A DNA stretch of 14,787 nt from contig JBJMMA010000202.1 in the NCBI GenBank assembly GCA_045805065.1, positions 1 through 14,787 on the forward strand, read 5' to 3'. The notes under the pieces were generated by a model, which had not been told where the DNA came from, made no database searches, and worked only from the letters and a program-made list of their open reading frames with translations. This DNA comes from Bdellovibrionia bacterium. GTDB lineage: Bacteria > Bdellovibrionota > UBA1018. Position numbers and translations under genes: made by a program. Below are positions 8,226-14,787 of this stretch, in pieces (positions within the stretch are counted from its first letter, which is position 1; each line of letters starts with the position of its first letter).

Positions 8226-10511
8226 TCATTGAGTATGCAGTCTTGTTCGAAGGAAATCGACATGACACGAGACTGCTTGGATGGTCTTTGAACTTATCCC
8301 GCGCAATAAGAGCTTATTCAGGAATTCTCGATCCCGATAAAGCGAAGCTACAACCGATCTCTCATGAGCAGACAGTTCTTTGAGACTTTTCCGCTCGGCA
8401 TGGATCGCTCCCACTTTCTTGAGCCTGTCAAAAATCTGATCTGCCGCCACTTTCTGGATCATCACGGTTCTCTGCTCAAGCGGAAGGTCAGTCAGGACAA
8501 AATGAGAGTCTCCAGCAAGTTTTGCAATATCATCCAGAAGCAGCCTAACATCCTTGATTCGATCCAGACTTCCTATCAAAAGCATCGGATCCTTTTCGAT
8601 CACTTGGACTCCGATGCCCCAGTGATTCTTGAACTCAGCCAATTTGGGATCAAGATTCTCTTCAATGGATAAGCCGAGAATTACGGGAAAGGCGCTGATC
8701 ACTTTACCCCTGTCAGTAAAGTGTTTCCGAACCCAATCGGCCTTAGGGTCAAGCTTATTGGGGATCGAGTAGCTCAACACTTGCGGGAAGGAGCCAATCA
8801 CCTTTCCCGGGTTTTCGACACCGTGCTTGGCTAGCCATGAAAAAGTGTCATCGTTGTTTTCAATGGAATAACCGAGAAGCGCCGGGAAGGAATCGATCAG
8901 TTTTCCGACGTTTTGAATTCCTTGTTTTCTGAACCATTCAGCCCGGGGCTCAAGAGTATCTTTGACAGAATGAGTGATCACACGCGGATTGGTACTAAGC
9001 AATTTTCCAATGTCCTCAACTCCCTGCTTCTTCAGCCAGGCAACTGTTGGCTTGAGATTTTCTTCGACCGACAGGCCCAAGATGGATGGCTGCGAGCTCA
9101 GTGTTTTCGTGAGATCCTGAACTCCTTGCCGCTCAAGCCACTCAGCCGTAGGTTTGAGATTTTCCTCAAGGGAAAGACGTAGCACCGGAGGCCAGGCGTT
9201 GACCAGCTTTCCGACGTCCTTAACTCCTTTGCTCTTGAGCCAGTCCGCTTTGTCTTGGAGATCCTTCAGGGTATGACTTAGAAACTCCGGGTGATCCCCG
9301 ATGAATTCACCGATACTACTGACCTTCAGATCCTTCAGCCATTTTACCTTGGGATCAAGACTTTCCTCAGTGGAACGCCGGGCAACGACAAGTAAGGCCC
9401 GGGTAAGCCTTTCTGAAGTTGTGACTCCCTGTTTCTTGAGCCATTCAATATGATCTTTGAGCTCTTTTGTAGAGGTCCTGCCATCGACCACATCCAGGAT
9501 CTCTTCACGCTCAATGTATGCAAAACCTTCGTCTTTGAGGACCTTGATGAGTTCGTCCGTCTTAACGCTCGAGACGGTAGGGGTTAATTTTTCTCGCAAG
9601 GCGCCGACATAGATCGCGATTTCACGAGGCTTGTTTGGAATTTTCCCTTGGGCCTCGGCAATGTGAGAAAGCAGTTCGTGGATCTTATGATTGCGGTAGA
9701 GATCTGCGATCATCTTTCGTTCGAAAGGATGCAATCTGGCAAACTCTTCCCTCTTGAGTCCGATCGACTTCACATCTTTGAGACTTCTGATCAACTGACT
9801 CGCCGACCCGGTTCGGATCAGGTCCTTGCGTAGGTCAGGAGCCAGCGTTTCGAGATCAAAGTGCGGCTCCTCGGCGGTTTTCGCAATTTTGTCGAGAAGC
9901 AGCCTGAGCCTTAGAACCCTCAGAAGATCTGTTCCAAGAAGCTGCGGAGACTTTTCAATGTCGAGTATTCCAAGTCTCCAATGCTCCTTCAACTCCACGA
10001 GTGTGGGATCAAGATCGCCTTTAATGGAAAGAGCAAGTAGGTCCGGGTAGGCGCTGATCAGCTTTTTAGTACTTTTGAATCCCTGTTGATTTAACCATTG
10101 CACCTTATCTTCCAGGCTGCCGATGGAATCCGCGAAAAGGTCCGGATGGGAGCTCACAAGCTTTCCAGTATCGGTAACTCCCTGTTTTTCAAGCCACGCC
10201 ATTCGTTTGTCGAGATCGCCCTGGATAGGATGAGGGAGAGCGACTGGCAACACTTTGGCAAGCTTTTCAAAGTCGGTCACCCCGTGACTCTGAAGCCACT
10301 TAACATGGTGTTCAACGTATTCGTCGGAGTAAGTCCGATCTACCCTGCTGACAATCCGCTGAACCTGATTGACGGAGAACCCCAGCGATTTGAGGGCCAC
10401 GCGTATGGATAAAACCTCGCGCCCAAAGGAAATCTGAGTGCTCCCTATACCCACGAGAAGGGCAAGAATCAGGATTCGACAGAGTTTTGGCGGGCATCGC
10501 TTCAGAGACAT
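8226..10511 (-). CDS. mTERF-like tandem-repeat protein with predicted signal peptide (~761 aa)
   Basis: Eleven Trp-anchored 33-34-aa repeats with consensus WLxxxGVxDxGKLIxxxPxLLxxSIEENLxPxxx, resembling mTERF repeats. N-terminus MSLKRCPPKLCRILILALLVGIGSTQISFG|R. Start is ATG 10511 or TTG 10526. The CDS itself is secure; the family call is by eye. Confidence 0.8.
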   Translation of the reverse strand: MSLKRCPPKLCRILILALLVGIGSTQISFGREVLSIRVALKSLGFSVNQVQRIVSRVDRTYSDEYVEHHVKWLQSHGVTDFEKLAKVLPVALPHPIQGDLDKRMAWLEKQGVTDTGKLVSSHPDLFADSIGSLEDKVQWLNQQGFKSTKKLISAYPDLLALSIKGDLDPTLVELKEHWRLGILDIEKSPQLLGTDLLRVLRLRLLLDKIAKTAEEPHFDLETLAPDLRKDLIRTGSASQLIRSLKDVKSIGLKREEFARLHPFERKMIADLYRNHKIHELLSHIAEAQGKIPNKPREIAIYVGALREKLTPTVSSVKTDELIKVLKDEGFAYIEREEILDVVDGRTSTKELKDHIEWLKKQGVTTSERLTRALLVVARRSTEESLDPKVKWLKDLKVSSIGEFIGDHPEFLSHTLKDLQDKADWLKSKGVKDVGKLVNAWPPVLRLSLEENLKPTAEWLERQGVQDLTKTLSSQPSILGLSVEENLKPTVAWLKKQGVEDIGKLLSTNPRVITHSVKDTLEPRAEWFRKQGIQNVGKLIDSFPALLGYSIENNDDTFSWLAKHGVENPGKVIGSFPQVLSYSIPNKLDPKADWVRKHFTDRGKVISAFPVILGLSIEENLDPKLAEFKNHWGIGVQVIEKDPMLLIGSLDRIKDVRLLLDDIAKLAGDSHFVLTDLPLEQRTVMIQKVAADQIFDRLKKVGAIHAERKSLKELSAHERSVVASLYRDREFLNKLLLRGISSKTIQAVSCHVDFLRTRLHTQ
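8637..9461 (-). repeat. Protein-level tandem repeat array 2 (8 units)
   Basis: Anchor Trp at residues 362, 396, 429, 463, 497, 531, 564 and 598 (spacing 34,33,34,34,34,33,34). Confidence 0.88.
9996..10316 (-). repeat. Protein-level tandem repeat array 1 (3 units)
   Basis: Anchor Trp at residues 77, 111 and 144 of the 766-aa ORF-track translation (spacing 34, 33). Confidence 0.8.
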
Positions 10512-10604
10512 AAGTTCTCGTCTCAATATCGGCAGTTTAAGCGCAATGATTGAACGTAGTTCTCAGAATTTATGCCAGACCGCATTAAACGGCCCCCCAG
10601 GGAT

Positions 10605-11495
10605 TCAGGGGGATATCTTTCCTTCGATCAGAGTCACTGCTTCGCCCGATAGACGGATCGCCTGGATATTGTCAGCGCTTCCTACTCTTTCAAGTTCCCC
10701 AACTCCGGGCCTTCCCATCCAATGGCCTTGCTCCGCAATCAACCGATCTTCCTGAACAAAGCCGTATTTCCAGAGATAAGCGGCCATGCAGCCTGTCGCG
10801 GACCCGGTATAGGGATCTTCAAGCGTTGCAGGGGGCGTTGGAAGACTCCGGGCAAAAGTACGTCCCTTGGGTGTGGCGCCCTCAAGACAGAAATGATGAG
10901 CAAATAAGAAGTCGCCTTCTGATTTCAGTTTCAAATACTTCTCGGGATCCACGTACCTTGCGCGTCTCAGCGCATCGAGGCTTGCCAAAGGAACCATGAG
11001 GATAGGTGTGCCCGTGCTCACGGTCTGGATACGCGCACCTGGTAAGAGATCACTTGGATTTAATCCAAAAATCTCAAGAAGCTCCGTGGACTCATAGGTT
11101 CGCAAAAACCTTGGAGCAAGCTGCGACATGGTAATCCGAGTCCGGTCCGCCTTCACTTCGTATTCAACGGGAATAATGCCAGCAGGCACTTCAAGCGACA
11201 CGCTCCCTTTTGCAGAAGGACTATTAATACGACCGGTGTGAATCAAACTATGGATTGTCGCTATCGTCGGATGTCCCGCAAAAGGCAACTCTTCCTCAGG
11301 AGTAAAGTATCGAGCCCCGAAATCGGCTTTTGTCGAGCTGCGCACAAAAGCCGTTTCAGATAGATTGATCTCTTTTGCAATTCTCTGCATTTGCTCTGCA
11401 GAAAGATGATCCGTGTCGAGAACGACGGCGCACGGATTTCCGCCGAACTTTGTACTGGTAAACGCATCGATCCAAAGAAAAGAGAGTTGAGTCAC
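10605..11495 (-). CDS. PhzF-family isomerase/epimerase-like protein
   Basis: IDAFT..GGNP, NLSETAF, FTPEEELPFAGHPT, EDPYTGSA and EQGHWMGRP motifs. GTG start. Confidence 0.93.
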   Translation of the reverse strand: MTQLSFLWIDAFTSTKFGGNPCAVVLDTDHLSAEQMQRIAKEINLSETAFVRSSTKADFGARYFTPEEELPFAGHPTIATIHSLIHTGRINSPSAKGSVSLEVPAGIIPVEYEVKADRTRITMSQLAPRFLRTYESTELLEIFGLNPSDLLPGARIQTVSTGTPILMVPLASLDALRRARYVDPEKYLKLKSEGDFLFAHHFCLEGATPKGRTFARSLPTPPATLEDPYTGSATGCMAAYLWKYGFVQEDRLIAEQGHWMGRPGVGELERVGSADNIQAIRLSGEAVTLIEGKISP

Positions 11496-11557
11496 CGGAC
11501 TACTGTAACATATTCAGACGCGCCGTCCATGCCGCGATCTTGCATCACTCTGACGTT

Positions 11558-12361
11558 GTGAATCGGAAAGACTTTTACAAACTGCTTTTCGTTCCAATAG
11601 GCCTGCTCCTCCTCAAGAACCGGGTAATCGGTCCGGCTCATTTATATAGCCAAACGCCGACCGCGCCTCAAAAGACGCTGGAGATCATGGTCGAAAATTC
11701 GGCGGAACCGTGGTCAAATCCAGATGGAACGGGATATGCCAATGACATCGTTGTCGCAGCATTTAAAGAAATGGGAGTCGACGTCCGCTTAAAGGTCGTG
11801 CCCTATTCACGGTGTAAAGCCGAGGCAATGGAGGGTAATACCACCGCTTGCGTCAGTATGAGCTGGCTGCCCGAGTTCAAAGGCCGTATCCAACTTGCCT
11901 CAAAAACGCTCATCGTCCTGGATGCGGATGTCTTTGAGAATGTCCACTCCCCTTTGCCAAGCACACCCAACCACAAATGCAAATTACCTGTCGGAACAAG
12001 AGTAGGTACGGTGATCGGCTATGAGTACCCAAAACAAGTCATGGATCTTCAAAGACAAGGCGTCATCTTTGAAAGTGTGAATTCAGACGGTCAAAACATC
12101 AATAAACTTGCGCGAAACCGAATCGACGCCGCAGTAGTCATTACCAACCACCACGAACCCAAGAACAAGAAGGTTCTTAAAGAGCACCAAGAGGCTAATG
12201 TGCGACTCGCTTTCAACTGCGGCACGGAGACTGGTACGATTGGATTCAGCCTGAAGAACCCGGATGGAGCTTGGGCGCGAAAGATTTTTGAATCCGGCTA
12301 TAACAAAATAGTCCAGAAAGATCTGCTAGCAGAGTTTGAGAAGAAATGGTTCGGTCACTAA
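11558..12361 (+). CDS. Extracytoplasmic solute-binding protein (family 3-like)
   Basis: EPWSNPDGTGYANDIVVAAF, VPYSRC, VGTVIGYEY and KLARNRIDAAV are typical of family-3 binding proteins. Likely start is GTG 11558 (MNRKDFYKLLFVPIGLLLL); the ORF track uses TTG 11540. Confidence 0.85.
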   Translation: MNRKDFYKLLFVPIGLLLLKNRVIGPAHLYSQTPTAPQKTLEIMVENSAEPWSNPDGTGYANDIVVAAFKEMGVDVRLKVVPYSRCKAEAMEGNTTACVSMSWLPEFKGRIQLASKTLIVLDADVFENVHSPLPSTPNHKCKLPVGTRVGTVIGYEYPKQVMDLQRQGVIFESVNSDGQNINKLARNRIDAAVVITNHHEPKNKKVLKEHQEANVRLAFNCGTETGTIGFSLKNPDGAWARKIFESGYNKIVQKDLLAEFEKKWFGH

Positions 12362-12747
12362 TGTAAAACGTGACACTTGACTGCGCTCAGCAAACCTTCG
12401 ATCGAAAAAGGTTTACTGACCCATCCCTCAGCCTGAATGTCTTTAGCTCTCTGTTCTGCGTTCGATGCCGCCGTCATTACCAACACAGGAATGCGATGTC
12501 CGTATTGCGAATGCAGATGGTTCGCAAATGTCCATCCATCCATCACTGGCATCGTCATATCGAGAAGGATCAAACTCGGGGACGGATGCGTTTGAAGATA
12601 CGTCAGCGCTTCCTGCCCGTTATTAGCCGAGATGACATGGTACCCTTCGGTTTGAAGCAAGAGTTCGACAGTAAATCGGATGTTCTCGTCGTCCTCAACA
12701 ATGAGTATATTAGCTGGGTCAATCTTAGCTGGCTCATTCAGTGTCAT
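12358..12747 (-). CDS. Single-domain CheY-like response regulator
   Basis: ILIVEDD, ILLDMTMPVMDG, LVMTA, WVSKPF. Overlaps the upstream kinase stop by ATGA, suggesting translational coupling. Confidence 0.95.
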   Translation of the reverse strand: MTLNEPAKIDPANILIVEDDENIRFTVELLLQTEGYHVISANNGQEALTYLQTHPSPSLILLDMTMPVMDGWTFANHLHSQYGHRIPVLVMTAASNAEQRAKDIQAEGWVSKPFSIEGLLSAVKCHVLH

Positions 12748-14525
12748 AGAGTTCCCCTCTTGACCGGAAACTCGATTTCGAAAGTGGCTCCCGCGCCTAC
12801 TTCACTCGCCACCCTGATGGCTCCACCATGCAGCTCAAGAATCAGGCGACAGATATAGAGTCCCAGACCTAACCCAGAGTGCCGCGCTGTCGCATCCGAC
12901 TTGACCCTGAAAAATCGGCTGAAAATCGCTTCCTGGACTTTCTTGGGAATGCCCGGCCCTTTGTCACTGATAGACATGCGAACCCGCTGATCTGATACCG
13001 GCCAAAGAACCACATCGATCGGGCTACTCTCTGGAGTATATTTAATGGCATTCTCGATGATATTGCTGACGACCTGAGTGATTCGTACCGGATCCACTTC
13101 TGCCTGAATGGCTCTATCCGGCATTCTCAATCTGATTTCTCGTTTAACTGCCTGATCACGAAAATTTTGCAAAATTTCACTGACTAGCTCGGTTATATTA
13201 ACGGTCTTAAAATGAAGAGTAAAACTTCCACGCTCAAGACGGCCCACATCCAAAAGGTCGTTAACCAACACCTTGAGTTGCTCGACTTGATTTTCAACTC
13301 TTCTCCAGATTTCCTCTGAGATTCCTTTTCCTGACTTGATCTGACGCTCGGCAAGCTGGAGCAACACAATGAGCGGTGTCAGAGGTGTCTTCAACTCATG
13401 AGCGGCAATATCCAAAAACTCAGACTTCATTCGATCAGCGGTTTCAGCTCTTTCTTTCGCGAACTGAAGCGACTCATGAGCCTTAACGCGATCCGTGACA
13501 TCGCGACTGGAAAGAATCGCCATCAGGCGCGAACCCGTATCGTACGCTCGTGCTGAAAGATCGGCAGGAAAGATGGTCTGATCCTTCCTGATGTGACGTC
13601 TCTCTCTGATTTCGATCTGTTCTCCTGCCTTCAGACTGCTTAACGCGGCCTGTGTTGACGCTTTATCGTCAGAAAGGTCTAATGCATTTAGCTGAAGCAG
13701 TTCTTCGCGTAGATATCCGTACATTCGGCTGGCAGCATCGTTTGCATCGATAATCTGGAGCGAATTGCGCTCGATGATCAGCAATGCGTCGGGATCAACC
13801 GAGAATAGTGTCCGATAGCGATCTTCGGATTGCTGAATATCGACTAAACGTCCCTGCAATTGCAAAACCATCTTCTCAATGGACGCACGCAGTGTTTCAA
13901 GCTCGCCCTGAAATGACTCGGTATCGATCTGAAAAGGACCGCCCCCCGAACTGACGCTCACCGCGTAACGCTCAACTTTGCGTAAAGGATTGAGGACGGA
14001 TCGCCAAAGAAAAAAATACAAGCTTACAACTAGAATAATATCGAGAAGCGAAATCAGAAGCGCAAAAACGATCGCATCATGCTTCAGGGAAGCGCGGACA
14101 AACCGCGGTGTGACATACAAATCAACCTTTCCGATCGTTTCATTTGAAATGGAAACCGGCAGACTTTCTTTCAATAACTCCCCGCTCGGAGAAAAGTCAT
14201 TCGATCGAACATTCTCCCAATTGGAGCCGCGCGATCGCGCTCGAACCTCACCGTTCGCTTCAACACGAATGCCAGCGACATAGGTGTCCTGCATTGCCCC
14301 ATCCAAGATCTTGTCAATCTGCGCATTGTCGAAGTTCCAAAGCGGCCAAGCAAGACTTGTGGCTATTTGTTTTGCGTCCGTACTGAGCTCGTAGCGAAGC
14401 CCTGACCACTTCGCTTCTTTCTCGTTAATATGCCGTACAACTCCGAACGCACCGAGGAATACCGTAGTCACGGCGACGATATAGACTCCCGCGGCCACTG
14501 AAATCGAAGTGTTCCGTGCATGCAT
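12744..14525 (-). CDS. Membrane sensor histidine kinase (TM-periplasmic domain-TM-HAMP-PAS-HisKA-HATPase), 593 aa
   Basis: ATG 14525 with GGAG upstream. Two TM segments, a HAMP-like region (NPL...GELETL), PAS (DANDAASRMYGY...RKDQTIFP...SRDVT), H-box AAHELKTPLT, N-box NIIENAIKY, G1 DKGPGI and G2 GLGLGL. Confidence 0.95.
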   Translation of the reverse strand: MHARNTSISVAAGVYIVAVTTVFLGAFGVVRHINEKEAKWSGLRYELSTDAKQIATSLAWPLWNFDNAQIDKILDGAMQDTYVAGIRVEANGEVRARSRGSNWENVRSNDFSPSGELLKESLPVSISNETIGKVDLYVTPRFVRASLKHDAIVFALLISLLDIILVVSLYFFLWRSVLNPLRKVERYAVSVSSGGGPFQIDTESFQGELETLRASIEKMVLQLQGRLVDIQQSEDRYRTLFSVDPDALLIIERNSLQIIDANDAASRMYGYLREELLQLNALDLSDDKASTQAALSSLKAGEQIEIRERRHIRKDQTIFPADLSARAYDTGSRLMAILSSRDVTDRVKAHESLQFAKERAETADRMKSEFLDIAAHELKTPLTPLIVLLQLAERQIKSGKGISEEIWRRVENQVEQLKVLVNDLLDVGRLERGSFTLHFKTVNITELVSEILQNFRDQAVKREIRLRMPDRAIQAEVDPVRITQVVSNIIENAIKYTPESSPIDVVLWPVSDQRVRMSISDKGPGIPKKVQEAIFSRFFRVKSDATARHSGLGLGLYICRLILELHGGAIRVASEVGAGATFEIEFPVKRGTL

Positions 14526-14589
14526 CGGTGTTCTCCGCGCCGAGTGTAGCGTAGCGGACGCAATGACGTAAAGGCTCAACGCGTTTTGA

Positions 14590-14787
14590 TCAGAACAAGT
14601 GGGTCTGCGCGTAAATAAATCCAAATACGGCGATGCCTGTCACCGGGGATCCATTGTCGCTGGAGACGCCAATTCCGCCGATGACATTCTTCACAAACGC
14701 GTAATTTCCCATTAAAGCGGTTTCTCCAACTTCACTCACTCCACCAAAGTAATCCAATGCAAAGCCGAAACGATTTAACAATGGAGA
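14590..14787 (-). CDS. 3' end of a probable outer-membrane beta-barrel protein (5' end outside the window)
   Basis: Frame is open from the right edge (SPLLNRFGFALDYFGG...) to TGA at 14592-14590. Alternating Gly/aromatic strands and a terminal ...FGFIYAQTHLF ending in Phe resemble a beta-signal. Confidence 0.55.
   Translation of the reverse strand, partial: SPLLNRFGFALDYFGGVSEVGETALMGNYAFVKNVIGGIGVSSDNGSPVTGIAVFGFIYAQTHLF

Noticed and set aside
8637..10316. TAL effector, ankyrin, TPR or PPR identity for the 33-34-aa repeats, or a DNA-level repeat or CRISPR array
   Set aside because: The repeats lack the TALE LTPxQVVAIAS, ankyrin TPLH and TPR/PPR consensus patterns. Units are diverged at DNA level with no repeat-spacer structure.
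10605..11495. Phenazine biosynthesis cluster
   Set aside because: Only a lone PhzF-family gene is present with no other phz genes, and such orphans are widespread.
12370..12858. 162-aa plus-strand ORF and other short ORFs within radD, MFS, mTERF-like, PhzF and kinase genes
   Set aside because: They are antisense or out-of-frame overlaps of confident genes with no independent support.
1..14787. Prophage, IS, integrase, tRNA, rRNA or a known defence system
   Set aside because: No such genes or structures recognised. The helicase is a RadD-type repair enzyme with no adjacent methylase or nuclease.

Overview
Bacterial chromosomal window of roughly 50% GC with no RNA genes, CRISPR array or mobile element that I can see. 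The secreted HExxH protein and the style of the signalling genes suggest Bdellovibrionota/Oligoflexia, but that is inference. Left to right: (i) a minus-strand module of CheY-like receiver, double-domain KaiC-like ATPase and a histidine kinase with a degenerate receiver domain (cut by the window edge); (ii) RadD/YejH helicase, a DoxX-like membrane protein and an MFS transporter; (iii) three predicted exported proteins: a Cys-rich HExxH zinc metalloprotease with a strong terminator, a small unknown protein, and a ~761-aa mTERF-like repeat protein; (iv) a PhzF-family protein; (v) an orphan solute-binding protein convergent on a membrane HAMP-PAS histidine kinase and receiver pair; (vi) the 3' end of a probable outer-membrane protein. 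The standout is 8226..10511. It has a signal-peptide-like N-terminus and 33-34-aa tandem repeats resembling eukaryotic organellar mTERF nucleic-acid-binding repeats, arranged as two duplicated capped modules with 3 and 8 repeats.
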